From NCBI GenBank assembly GCA_930982035.1, contig CAKNJL010000001.1, positions 9,796 to 73,795 of the forward strand: DNA of 64,000 nt, read 5' to 3'. The stretch comes from an uncultured Clostridium sp. GTDB lineage: Bacteria > Bacillota > Clostridia > TANB77 > CAG-508. The notes beneath the pieces are model-generated. The model made no database searches and was not told the origin of the DNA. It worked only from the letters and a program-made list of their open reading frames with translations. Position numbers and translations under genes: made by a program. Within the stretch, counting starts at the first letter, position 1. Each line of letters starts with the position of its first letter. Shown piece after piece: positions 18,535-28,380 of the stretch.

Positions 18535-19422
18535 TTATTTATCTAAATCAATAATCTCATATTCACGGTTTCCTATTCCAAGGTCATAAGCTGATTCTAC
18601 AGTATGAACTCCATGAAGTGATTCAATTCTTTTAATTAATTTATCTTTGCCTGAATCAGTTGAATTGTAAACTAAATCTAGGCAAGCTTGGTCTATTGCT
18701 ACTGGATCAGTTGATGCAAGTATTCCAATATCTTCCATACAAGGTGCTGAAGCATTACCATCACAATCACAATCAATAGAAATATTTTTCATAACATTTA
18801 TATAAACTGCATTTCCTTTAAAATAATTAATAACACTTTCTGCAGCATCTGCCATTGCTTCCAAAAATTTATCTTGTTCTGGTAAGTTATTAAATAATTC
18901 TTTTTGATCATCTGTAACACCTGCTGTATGGATTAAAGTTTTACCAGCTGATGATGCACAACCAATAGAAAGTTGTTTTAATGCTCCACCATATCCTCCC
19001 ATAGCATGACCTTTAAAGTGAGATAGAACAAGTAAAGAATCATATTTTGCTAAATCTTTACCTACATAATTTTTCTTTAAAATTTTACCATTTGGAACAT
19101 CTAGTTCCATATCAGGTCCTTCTGCATCTAATAAGTCAAATGGAAAATATTTTTCCCACTCATGTTCTTTAATTAATTCACGATGTTTCTCAGTAGAATT
19201 TCTAGCTCCTTCATAAGCTGTATTACATTCCACAACTGTACCATTTACATGATTGATAACATCTTTTACAAACTCTGCTCTTAAATAATTTTTGTTTTCT
19301 CTTTCTCCAGAATGCATTTTAACAGCAACTTTTCCTTCTAATTTTTTTCCTACAGCTTCATAAGCTTTAATGATATTTTCTGGAGTTATGTCTTTAATAA
19401 AATATACTTTTGATTTTTCCAT
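18535..19422 (-). CDS. DUF362 domain protein
   Basis: 295 aa. The N-terminal pattern VYF...VAVKMHSGERENKNYLRAEFVKDVINHV...VECNTAY matches my recollection of DUF362 proteins. Confidence 0.6.
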   Translation of the reverse strand: MEKSKVYFIKDITPENIIKAYEAVGKKLEGKVAVKMHSGERENKNYLRAEFVKDVINHVNGTVVECNTAYEGARNSTEKHRELIKEHEWEKYFPFDLLDAEGPDMELDVPNGKILKKNYVGKDLAKYDSLLVLSHFKGHAMGGYGGALKQLSIGCASSAGKTLIHTAGVTDDQKELFNNLPEQDKFLEAMADAAESVINYFKGNAVYINVMKNISIDCDCDGNASAPCMEDIGILASTDPVAIDQACLDLVYNSTDSGKDKLIKRIESLHGVHTVESAYDLGIGNREYEIIDLDK

Positions 19423-19535
19423 AATTTTTCCTCCTTTAATTATTATAAAATATTTTTACTAATTACATTCCAAATCTATTATATATTTTAATATTGTGAT
19501 TAAATTTCGAATGTGATTTGAGTTTTTATAGAGTC

Positions 19536-20282
19536 TTATTTTTCTAATTTATTATATTCTTCATCACTTACTGGTTCACACCATTCATTTGATGTATCTT
19601 CTCCAGGTACTTCTACCGCAAGATGGCTAAACCAAGAATTTGCTGAGGCTCCGTGCCAATGTTTTACATTTGCTGGTATTACAACTACATCTCCTGGTTT
19701 CAAACTTTGAGCTGGTTTTCCTTCTTCTTGATACCATCCTTCTCCTTCAACACATACAAGAATTTGTCCTCCCCCTTTTGTAGCATGATGTATATGCCAA
19801 TTATTTCTACATCCTGGTTCAAATGTAACATTAGCAATAGATACAACAGAAGAACCTGGTTTAGTTAATGGTTTTAAATATGAGTTACCAACAAAATATT
19901 GTGCAAATGCTGTATTAGGTTCTCCCATTCCAAACATTCCTCCATGCTCTTCTTTAGTATTATCGTCTGCATACACTTCTTTTGCCATATTAAATACTGC
20001 CCAAGCATTTGGCCATCCAGCATAAAATGCTGCGTGTGTAATAATTTCTGCCATTTCTGTTTTTGTTATTCCATTGTTTTTTGCATTTATTAAATGATAT
20101 TTTAATGAACTATCTACCATTCCTTTACCCATAAATATACATATTGTAACTAAAGACCTGTCCCTTAAAGACAATTTGTCCTCTCTTGACCATACCTCTC
20201 CAAATAATACATCATCATTTAATTCTGCAAATTTAGGTGCAAATTCTCCTAAACTATCTCTACCTGCTGTTTGTTTTTTCAT
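19536..20282 (-). CDS. carboxymuconolactone decarboxylase-family domain fused to a cupin domain
   Basis: N-terminal half is CMD-like (LSLRDRSLVTICIFMGKG...EIITHAAFYAGWPNAW). C-terminal half is a cupin (FEPGCRNNWHIHH...GDVVVIPANVKHWHGA). Confidence 0.8.
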   Translation of the reverse strand: MKKQTAGRDSLGEFAPKFAELNDDVLFGEVWSREDKLSLRDRSLVTICIFMGKGMVDSSLKYHLINAKNNGITKTEMAEIITHAAFYAGWPNAWAVFNMAKEVYADDNTKEEHGGMFGMGEPNTAFAQYFVGNSYLKPLTKPGSSVVSIANVTFEPGCRNNWHIHHATKGGGQILVCVEGEGWYQEEGKPAQSLKPGDVVVIPANVKHWHGASANSWFSHLAVEVPGEDTSNEWCEPVSDEEYNKLEK

Positions 20283-20299
20283 ATTCTTTTTCCTCCTTA

Positions 20300-20330
20300 T
20301 AATATATTTAGGATTTAAAGTAATCCCAAA
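20300..20330 (-). promoter_or_regulatory. MerR-type promoter with a 19-nt spacer and an internal dyad
   Basis: Minus strand reads TTGGGA (20325-20330), a 19-nt spacer, then TATTAT (20300-20305). The spacer contains the dyad GGATTactttAAATCC. It lies directly upstream of the CMD/cupin gene and downstream of the MerR gene. Confidence 0.5.
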
Positions 20331-20452
20331 ACTTTTTATCTTTATGTTATAATAATTAGCATTACAAATCCAATATTATTTATTCATTTTTTTAATTCGT
20401 TTTTAAGATTATTTATTTTTATTATTCTGTATATAATAATAAAGTAATCTAT

Positions 20453-20824
20453 TTATATTAGATTTTTATCTAATATATTTTTGTCATACAATTCTATTTT
20501 CATTGTTAATTTATCATAAGCTTCTTGCATTGCATCTAGTTTTTCTTTTAATATATTTCTTTGTTCTACCAAAATTTCTCTTCTTTCTTTAACTGTTTTA
20601 TCACCTTCATCAAATAAATCTAAATACTTTTTCAAAAAACTTATTTCTAGACCTGCTGACCTCATACATTTCACAAATTGGATTCTCTTTATATCATCTT
20701 CATCATAATTTCTAATCCCATTTTTACCTTTTTTGATTGGACCAATTAGCCCTTCTCTTTCATAATATCTTAATGTATCTGTAGTTAGCCCAAACTTTTG
20801 TGCCACTTCTGATATTTGCATACT
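20453..20824 (-). CDS. MerR family transcriptional regulator
   Basis: HTH ISEVAQKFGLTTDTLRYYEREGLI followed by a coiled-coil C-terminus. I place the start at MQISEV (20824) because AAAGGAGG precedes it. The ORF track extends to 20866. Confidence 0.88.
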   Translation of the reverse strand, partial: SMQISEVAQKFGLTTDTLRYYEREGLIGPIKKGKNGIRNYDEDDIKRIQFVKCMRSAGLEISFLKKYLDLFDEGDKTVKERREILVEQRNILKEKLDAMQEAYDKLTMKIELYDKNILDKNLI

Positions 20825-20946
20825 TATCGCCTCCTTTGATTTTTTATTACATATATTATATATCACTTAGAGTTAACTTCAAGTCAATACCTTTTTTATA
20901 TTTTATTTAAAAACAATATAATTTTTCTTACAATTCATAGCTGATT

Positions 20947-21180
20947 CCTGAAAAATTCTAAAACTAATAATATATATGAAAGCCAAAAGTTATATTATAA
21001 TATTTTTTATTTATTTGTGTGACGTGGAATATATGTACGCCTTCTTAGCTTTAAATAAATGAGGAAGCGCGATACAGCGAGAGGCTCGTTTGTTTAAAGT
21101 TTAGAAGGCGTCATTTATGGAGCTAGCCAAATAAATAAAAAATATTATAATATAACTTTTGGCCCAGTAAATTTTCAGGT
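20947..21180 (+). ncRNA. hairpin element family 1, copy 2
   Basis: Contains the same 32-nt core, ATGAGGAAGCGCGATACAGCGAGAGGCTCGTT (about 21058-21089), as copy 1. The 27-bp inner helix has a different sequence but the same pairing. There is a perfect 36-bp AT-rich stem (20982-21017 / 21128-21163) and an outer pairing CCTGAAAAATT / AATTTTCAGG. Confidence 0.5.
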
Positions 21181-21226
21181 TATGAATAATGTATACATAC
21201 ATTCTATACTATTATTACTTAATTAG

Positions 21227-21278
21227 AAAAACCAGTAATATATGATGTTTTGTGAAATATTATATATTACTGGTTTTT
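21227..21278. terminator. terminator after the PBP gene (bidirectional)
   Basis: Stem AAAAACCAGTAATATAT / ATATATTACTGGTTTTT with T-runs on both strands. Confidence 0.65.
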
Positions 21279-21298
21279 ATTTAGTTTTTATTTAGTTT

Positions 21299-24121
21299 TT
21301 ATCTAATTGTAGTCCATAAGTTTAATCTTTCTTTTGGTACTGTACCATGACTTTGACATTTTTCTGGCATATTATCTTGAGTAAATATCTCCATATATGT
21401 ATCTGTACATCTACTTGTAGCTAAACAACCTGTCCTTCTACAAACTTTTGCCTCTACAATTCCTTCTGGTCTTACAAATGTTGCACTAGGTAATCCTTGA
21501 TGAATATCTGTCATAACAGCATCCCATATCTGTCCTGCCGGATTCCCACTAAAATACACTGTTTCACTATTATCATATCCATACCAAGTTGCTGCTGAAT
21601 AATATGGTGTAAATCCACAAAGCCATCTATCATAGCTATTGTCTGTTGTTCCTGTTTTTGCTGCTACATCTATTCCTGGAATTGCACAATATGTCGCTGT
21701 TCCCCCTGTTTTTACAGGTTCCTGAATGATACTTTTTGCAATATAAGCATTTTGTTTAGAAATTACTTGTTTACTTTCTTGTTTTGGCGTTAATACTGTA
21801 TTTCCCTCTGAATCTGTTACACTTGTGTAAAATGTTGGTGTTATATATACACCGTCATTTGCTATTGTTCCATATGCTGATGCCATTTCTAATGGGCTTA
21901 CTCCACTTGTCATTCCTCCAAGAGCTAAACTTAATACATTATCTGTTGTATCATCTAAAGATGTTATTCCCATATTTTTTAAGTATTGTAATGATTTTTC
22001 TGGTGTTAGTTCCATCATAATTTTAACTGCTGGTATATTTTGTGAAGTTCTTATAAAACTTCTTATATTAATAAGTCCTTTAAATCCATTATAATTCTCA
22101 GGTTCGTAATTTAACCCGAACCTTGTTTTAGTATCATTATATACTGTTCCTGCTGTTATTATTTTTTCTTGTAATCCTGGTGCTACTACTGCTAGAGGTT
22201 TTATACTAGAACCTGTTTGTTTTTCCATTTGAGTTGCTCTATTCCAACCAGCACTTGTCTTTTCTCCAAATCCTCCTGCAACTGCAACTACATTTCCTGT
22301 TTTATAATCAACTATTGCCATTCCTGATTGAGTATGTTCATTTAATAATGTTCCATCTCTCTTTTTTCTTCTTCCACTTCTTATATATTTTTCTTGTTTA
22401 TATTCTTGTTCTAATCGATTCTGAATATTTGTATCCACTGTAGAATGTATTGTAAGTCCACTACTATATACGTAATTTTTAGCCATTTGTTCTGTCATAT
22501 TCTTCTCTTCCATTACTTGCTCAACAACTTGTGAAATGACAGCATCTGTATGATAAGAAAATACCGTTCCTCCCATTATTTGTCCTGTACCAAATGTTAG
22601 TCCATTTTGTACTTCTGTTATAGCATTTTGATATTCCTCTTCACTTGATATATAACCTAATTCTTTCATTTTATCTAATACTGTAATTGTTCTATTTTTT
22701 ATTTTTTCTGTATTATCAACTGTTGTACTATATGGATTGTATGAATTTGGTGAATGGTTAATACCAGCCATAAATGCACATTCTGCTAAACTTAAATCTT
22801 TTGCACTTTTATTAAAATAATATTCTGCACCTAGTTCTACTCCATGCAAATTATTTGAGCCAACAAATAAAATATTCAAATATAATTCTAGTATTTGCTC
22901 CTTAGAAATCATTCTTTCTACTTGACATGCTCTTTGCCATTCTCTAATTTTTCTTTTAATACCTTCTATTCCTGTACTTTCATTATCATTTGTTATATTT
23001 TTTACTAATTGTTGTGTAATTGTACTTGCACCATATTCGCTTTCTCCTCTTATAAGAGTATTTGCGACTGCTCCTACTGTTCTTTTTACATCTACACCAA
23101 TATGTTCATAAAATCTTTCATCTTCTATTGCAATATATGCTTTTGGTAAATAATCTGCCATTTCATCTAATGTAATAATTTTTCGCTTTTCATCTCCACT
23201 TAAATCTGCAAGCACATTGCCATTTTTATCAACTACAACAGAATTTGATACCTTTATTACTAAATCTTCTTTGCTTAGATTTATATTTTCATTACCAAAC
23301 CAGCCTAAAAGCAAACCTGCAAAACTCCATATACCTGCTATCAATGCTAAAATCAATAAGATTATAATTATCAAAAAGAACTTTATAAAAAATTTTATAA
23401 CTCTATGTTTTTTACGTTTTTCTTCTTTTCTTTTCTTTTTTTCTTTCTTAATTTTTGCTTTTTCTTCTTTACTTACAATGTCTTTTTTTGACTTTCTTTT
23501 TTCTTTACTTTTTGTGTCTTCTTTTTGTTTCTTTTCTGTTTTTATTTCGCTCTCTTTTTTTGGTTCAGCTTCTTTTTTAGTTTTTAGATTTTCTTGGTCC
23601 TTTTCTCTTTTATGTTTTTTAGATGTTTTTTTATCTTTTTCTACTTTTCTCCACTTTGAACCATTATTTTTGTTTTCTTCTTGTTTTTCCGAATTTCCTT
23701 CTATATTCTGTCCTTTTGGATTTTTAACTGTTTCTTTTTTATTATGTAGAAAAAACTGACCTTTTTTCTTAGTTTTTGTTTTATTCTCTTTATTGTTCTG
23801 TGTCTCGTTTTTCTTTTCCTTTACTTCTTCATTTCTACCTATTTCTTTTGGTTTTTCTAATACTGCTACCGCTGTTTTAGATTCTATTTTAGATACTTTT
23901 TTATTCTCTGCTTCATTTAATATATTTTCTTCTTGTATTTTTTTTATGTTAGCAGGAGTTATTATGGTTTTATCTTTTTTAGCTTTTTCTTCAGAAGTGC
24001 TTTTTAGTTCCTTTTTATTAGAATCTTTTGAAGTGTCATTTCTTATTTTTTTATTAGTTTTTTTTCTATTTACATATGGTTTTTTTTGTTTTTTATTACT
24101 TCTCTTTTTCTTCTTTTTCAT
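21299..24121 (-). CDS. class A penicillin-binding protein (glycosyltransferase + transpeptidase) with a long K/E-rich N-terminal extension
   Basis: 940 aa. GT51 motifs EDERFYEHIGVD and GASTITQQL. Transpeptidase motifs SSIKP, SQN and KTGTT. The first roughly 250 aa are a low-complexity K/E/N region before the TM anchor. Confidence 0.92.
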   Translation of the reverse strand: MKKKKKRSNKKQKKPYVNRKKTNKKIRNDTSKDSNKKELKSTSEEKAKKDKTIITPANIKKIQEENILNEAENKKVSKIESKTAVAVLEKPKEIGRNEEVKEKKNETQNNKENKTKTKKKGQFFLHNKKETVKNPKGQNIEGNSEKQEENKNNGSKWRKVEKDKKTSKKHKREKDQENLKTKKEAEPKKESEIKTEKKQKEDTKSKEKRKSKKDIVSKEEKAKIKKEKKKRKEEKRKKHRVIKFFIKFFLIIIILLILALIAGIWSFAGLLLGWFGNENINLSKEDLVIKVSNSVVVDKNGNVLADLSGDEKRKIITLDEMADYLPKAYIAIEDERFYEHIGVDVKRTVGAVANTLIRGESEYGASTITQQLVKNITNDNESTGIEGIKRKIREWQRACQVERMISKEQILELYLNILFVGSNNLHGVELGAEYYFNKSAKDLSLAECAFMAGINHSPNSYNPYSTTVDNTEKIKNRTITVLDKMKELGYISSEEEYQNAITEVQNGLTFGTGQIMGGTVFSYHTDAVISQVVEQVMEEKNMTEQMAKNYVYSSGLTIHSTVDTNIQNRLEQEYKQEKYIRSGRRKKRDGTLLNEHTQSGMAIVDYKTGNVVAVAGGFGEKTSAGWNRATQMEKQTGSSIKPLAVVAPGLQEKIITAGTVYNDTKTRFGLNYEPENYNGFKGLINIRSFIRTSQNIPAVKIMMELTPEKSLQYLKNMGITSLDDTTDNVLSLALGGMTSGVSPLEMASAYGTIANDGVYITPTFYTSVTDSEGNTVLTPKQESKQVISKQNAYIAKSIIQEPVKTGGTATYCAIPGIDVAAKTGTTDNSYDRWLCGFTPYYSAATWYGYDNSETVYFSGNPAGQIWDAVMTDIHQGLPSATFVRPEGIVEAKVCRRTGCLATSRCTDTYMEIFTQDNMPEKCQSHGTVPKERLNLWTTIR

Positions 24122-24496
24122 GCCTTAGACCTCCTTTTGCAACATATATTATTAGTAACACCTCTATATTGATAATTCTAATTATAGTAAATGTAATTCT
24201 TTTGAAAATAAAGTATGAAATATTTATTTTCATTTTGTGTTTCGAAACTAAAAAGTTTCATTTTATTTCCTATAATTAAATAAAAGCAACATATATATCG
24301 TTTTTTTATATTTTATTTATATATATTACAACATTTTCCAAAAATTTACTTGTATTTTATCACATTTTGTCTTAAATTACTAGCATTATTTTTCTTTTTT
24401 TATATATTTAATAAATCCATAAAGAGGGTTCCTATTTTAGGACACCCTCTCTATATTTTTTAGTTTGTAAATTATAACATAATTATTCGGTTATAA

Positions 24497-24965
24497 CTAT
24501 AATTTATTAATAAATATTATTTGTTTTTTCACCTCATTATCATTATTTTGTTCAAATTCACATAATTTTTTAAAGCCATATTTTTCATGTAAAGCTATTG
24601 AAGGTATATTATTACTATTAATACAACTATATAAAGTATAATCTTTAAATTTGTCTAATACATATTTCAATAATTTCTTTGCAATACCTCTACCCATAAA
24701 TTCTTTTTTGGTTACTACTTCCCAGATATATGCGGCTTTATCTGGCATATTTTCAATTTTAATTGGAAATTTCTCTAATTCACAAAAATCATTTCCTTTA
24801 TATACTGCAATATATCCGCGCAGGAATATCATTTTCTAAATATACTATTTTTAATATTTTATTATTGTTAATTAGCATATTATTACTTTCTTCTGATATA
24901 TATCCACTATTATTTTCTTTCCATATTTCTTTTATTTCTTTAAGATATTGATTTTCTACTATCAT
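24497..24965 (-). pseudogene. GNAT acetyltransferase interrupted by a frameshift
   Basis: ATG at 24963-24965 is preceded by GAGAGGTGG and encodes MIVENQYLKEIKEIWKENNSGYISEE...LENDI. That frame then closes, and the GNAT core (RGYIAVYKGN...FMGRGIAKKLLKYV) continues in another frame. The frames overlap around 24800-24838. Confidence 0.65.
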
Positions 24966-24976
24966 TTAACCACCTC

Positions 24977-26584
24977 TCATACATTTAAGACACTATATTC
25001 TTGCATAATATTATTTTTCACTTTATAATGTCTATCACAAATATCTTTAATCTCTTCTCTATGAGTAACAATGATAACTGTTTTTTCTTTTAAATATTTT
25101 TTTATCAAATTTATAATCATTTTTTCTGTTTCTTTGTCTAAATTAGATGTCGGCTCATCTAAAATATATATATCCTTATCAAGTAAAATACCTCTTATGA
25201 TATTTAATCTTTGTTTTTGTCCTACTGATAATTTTAATCCTTTTTCACCTACAATAGTGTCTAATCCATCTTCTAATCTATTAACCCAATCTTCTAATCC
25301 TGCTTCTTTTAAATACATCATTAATTTATTGTCATCTATGTTTTTTCCTAAACACAGATTTTCTCTTATTGTTAAATCAAATAAATCTATTTCTTGTGAA
25401 ATATATGCTAAATCTAAATTTCCTTTTCTTATTCTTCCGTCTATTTTATAACAATTATCATCTATTTCTATATATCTGCAAAATATATTTAAAAAAGTAG
25501 ATTTTCCTTGACCTGATTTTCCTACGATACTAATTTTTTCCCCTTTAGATATCTTAAAATTTGGCACTGAAATTGTTGTTTTCATTTGATTTTCATATTT
25601 AAAATTCAAATTTTCTATTTGTATAGTTTTCCAATCATCTATAATGTTATTCCCTACATCATCATTTCCTATTATTTTTTCAACCTGATTTGTGGCTGCT
25701 TGAAATTTATTATAGTGCATAAATAACCTAGATAAATCTTTTAATTCAGTACTCAATCCAGTAAACATCGTTGCATAAAATAATAGATAAGATAATATAT
25801 CTTGTCCATTTTTCATTTTAAAATATAAATTTATAAGAACAACAGCATACATTACATATACAAGAAAGCTTATACCATTAGATCGTAGTGAATAGAAAAA
25901 ATTAGTTTTATCTAGTTTTGGAATAACTTCTTTAAACGCTTTCTCATTCTTATTATTGGCAAATTTAGAAGCATTTAGTCTTTTTACTGTTTTTATATTT
26001 TGTAAAAAATCTACATATGTTGCATTATATTTAGAATATGTATCATTATATTTTTCTTGCACAGAAACATATTTTTTTCCAAGCCATAAATTATATAATA
26101 TCATAAAAATCACCATTATTGAGCAAACATAAAACATATTTACATCTTGGTTAAATACTTGAATTAAAAATATTGCTATAGATATTATAAATCCATTTAC
26201 TGTTTCAAAGATGTATTCTATAAATTCTTGTGATTCTTCTGCAATAATATCTACTTGCTTTTTTAGAAAGCCATTATGAACTTTATTCAGCTTGAATGGT
26301 TTCATTTTACATATTCTACTAAAATATGACAGTTGTAAATCTTTTGCATATTTATTTTCAAACCTTAATATATATACTACCCATAGATGATTTAATATTA
26401 ATTCTAATAATTTTAGTGATATAACAGATATAATTAACCATTTGAATTTTTCTAATGTAAATGGTGCTGTTGTAAATATTGATAATACTACTGGCATTAA
26501 ATAAATACATAAGTTTACTATAAAAGCATCTATATAGCATAATATAAATTTTTTTTTGTTTAATATTTTAAATGGATATTTCAT
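24977..26584 (-). CDS. ABC exporter, fused permease/ATP-binding protein
   Basis: 535 aa. N-terminal six-TM domain. Walker A GKSGQGKST, signature LSVGQKQR, Walker B YILDEPTS. Confidence 0.88.
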   Translation of the reverse strand: MKYPFKILNKKKFILCYIDAFIVNLCIYLMPVVLSIFTTAPFTLEKFKWLIISVISLKLLELILNHLWVVYILRFENKYAKDLQLSYFSRICKMKPFKLNKVHNGFLKKQVDIIAEESQEFIEYIFETVNGFIISIAIFLIQVFNQDVNMFYVCSIMVIFMILYNLWLGKKYVSVQEKYNDTYSKYNATYVDFLQNIKTVKRLNASKFANNKNEKAFKEVIPKLDKTNFFYSLRSNGISFLVYVMYAVVLINLYFKMKNGQDILSYLLFYATMFTGLSTELKDLSRLFMHYNKFQAATNQVEKIIGNDDVGNNIIDDWKTIQIENLNFKYENQMKTTISVPNFKISKGEKISIVGKSGQGKSTFLNIFCRYIEIDDNCYKIDGRIRKGNLDLAYISQEIDLFDLTIRENLCLGKNIDDNKLMMYLKEAGLEDWVNRLEDGLDTIVGEKGLKLSVGQKQRLNIIRGILLDKDIYILDEPTSNLDKETEKMIINLIKKYLKEKTVIIVTHREEIKDICDRHYKVKNNIMQEYSVLNV

Positions 26585-26645
26585 CTGTGCCTCCTATTTT
26601 ATATCTTTTACTAGTACTAATTACTTAATAATTCTCATCTTGCCA

Positions 26646-27233
26646 TTATTCCAATTCAAAGTCTGATAACTTATATCCTAATTCTTTAAATTTATCATAT
26701 AATTTACTTGGAGAAATCCCAAATAAAGTATTGTAATCTCCATTTACTTTATCTAAAAAGAGAGAAGCTTTTCCTAACATTGCATAGCCACTTCTATTCA
26801 ATATATTTTCTTCATTTTCAACATACCATTTTATATCATCATCAGATATTTTTTTAATATAAACTTCAGCAGTATCTGAAAAGCAAATCTCTTTATCTTG
26901 ATATAAATCTTTTATAGTAACACCAGTTATAGCAAAAGTACATTTTCCAGACATTTCTTTCATATTTTGATATGCTTCTTCTTTGCTTTTTGGCTTTTCA
27001 TAGATTTTTCCATCCATATATATTACTGTATCTGCTGATACAATTATCGCTTTTTTATTTATTTGCCCTGCTACTGAGTTTGCTTTATCTCGTGATAAGT
27101 CTTTTACATATTCACTTGGATTAGTTGATTCACTTTTTTCTTCAACTAAACTTTTAACAACTTCATATTTCCATCCTATGTTTTTAAAAATATCTTGTCT
27201 TGGTTTTGAACTTGAAGCTAAAATTAGATTCAT
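26646..27233 (-). CDS. maf: Maf-like nucleoside triphosphate pyrophosphatase
   Basis: 195 aa. LILASSSKPRQDIF...SADTVIYMDGKIYEKPKSKEEA...GYAMLGKASLFLDKVNGDYNTLFG. Confidence 0.88.
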   Translation of the reverse strand: MNLILASSSKPRQDIFKNIGWKYEVVKSLVEEKSESTNPSEYVKDLSRDKANSVAGQINKKAIIVSADTVIYMDGKIYEKPKSKEEAYQNMKEMSGKCTFAITGVTIKDLYQDKEICFSDTAEVYIKKISDDDIKWYVENEENILNRSGYAMLGKASLFLDKVNGDYNTLFGISPSKLYDKFKELGYKLSDFELE

Positions 27234-27301
27234 TTTATTCCCTCCATAACTAAAAGTTTGTTGTTTCTATTAGTTGTAATTTTTTACAAAAATCTATTAT
27301 G

Positions 27302-27742
27302 TTATTTATTCATCCTTTCAATATACTCTCTTAAAATATATTTTTGCCATTCTCTAAACAACTTGTCCTTGTATTCTTCTGGATTTACCCATAATACTTT
27401 ATGGTCTTTTTCTATTGGTTCTGCTACCTTTTCATCAAATTCTGCTGTATACACATATGCTTCTACTTCTAAATGACCTTTTTCTTCTCCATCTATAAAT
27501 GACCTAACTTCATCAAATGGTTTTATATTTTTTATGGTGTATCCTGTTTCTTCAATAAATTCTCTTTTTAGTGCTTGTAGCTTTGTTTCTCCTTCTTCTA
27601 TTCCACCGCCTAAATAGAATAAATCTCTACCATCTGTTACAATTCCTACTTTGTCATCTTCATTTCTTTTCATAATTGCATAAGCTCCAGGTCTTTTTCT
27701 GTATTTTATATTTTGATTTTCTTCTTCTTTTATATATTTCAT
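27302..27742 (-). CDS. NUDIX hydrolase
   Basis: Nudix box GGGIEEGETKLQALKREFIEETGY. Confidence 0.85.
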   Translation of the reverse strand: MKYIKEEENQNIKYRKRPGAYAIMKRNEDDKVGIVTDGRDLFYLGGGIEEGETKLQALKREFIEETGYTIKNIKPFDEVRSFIDGEEKGHLEVEAYVYTAEFDEKVAEPIEKDHKVLWVNPEEYKDKLFREWQKYILREYIERMNK

Positions 27743-27761
27743 TTTTATCCTTCTTTCTTGA

Positions 27762-28349
27762 TTATTTTATAGTTTGAATATAACTATAAATATCATTCCA
27801 ATTATTAAAGCATATTAAATTTGAATTATTTTCTTCTATCACATTACAAACTCTTATCGTTTTTATTCCAGCTTTTTTTACATTTAAACAATTACTTTTG
27901 CTATCATCAATAAATAAATCGATCTCTTCCTCAATACATGCGTCTTCTTTATTTCTTGCATTTACAACTAATTTATCATAATATATATTATTTTTATCTA
28001 ACCAATCTTTGCTATATTTATATGGATCATCATGGAATTCCGAATCTCTAGCAGTAATAATTATAATTTCATTTCCGTCATTTCTTAATTTTTTTATAAC
28101 TTCTACTACATTCTCTCTTGGTTTAGCTTTATTTGTTATACTTTCTTGTATGTCTTTTAAGAAATATTTTAATTCGTCATAATTGAATTGAAACATCTCT
28201 TGCCATTTGTTGCCATTATTGTTCTTATCTTCAAAATTTTTTTCTACTTTTATATCTTTTCCTAAACTTCTAGCATATTTCTCTCCTGCCTTGATTAATT
28301 CATCTTTTACATCTGTTAGTGTATCATCTATATCTATTCCAATTTTCAT
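27762..28349 (-). CDS. HAD-superfamily nucleotidase-like protein (NT5C-like)
   Basis: Motif I IDIDDTLTD, then IIITAR and a C-terminal FIDDS motif. Size and layout resemble 5'(3')-deoxyribonucleotidase-type HAD enzymes. Confidence 0.5.
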   Translation of the reverse strand: MKIGIDIDDTLTDVKDELIKAGEKYARSLGKDIKVEKNFEDKNNNGNKWQEMFQFNYDELKYFLKDIQESITNKAKPRENVVEVIKKLRNDGNEIIIITARDSEFHDDPYKYSKDWLDKNNIYYDKLVVNARNKEDACIEEEIDLFIDDSKSNCLNVKKAGIKTIRVCNVIEENNSNLICFNNWNDIYSYIQTIK

Positions 28350-28380
28350 AAATAACCTCTACTTTAACTCATATTCTTTT

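Noticed and set aside
23217-24128. Long plus-strand ORFs (23217..23759, 23793..24128) opposite the PBP gene. Similar ones occur at 43380..43967, 43390..43929, 30690..31283, 3636..4022 and elsewhere.
   Set aside because: They are F/L/S-rich mirror images of K/E-rich or repeat-rich minus-strand coding sequence. They have no RBS and no recognisable domains, and they fully overlap well-supported genes. They are antisense shadow ORFs typical of AT-rich genomes.
26358-26540. 60-aa minus-strand ORF nested in the ABC exporter gene.
   Set aside because: It is an alternative frame fully inside a well-supported 535-aa gene, with no RBS and a low-complexity product.
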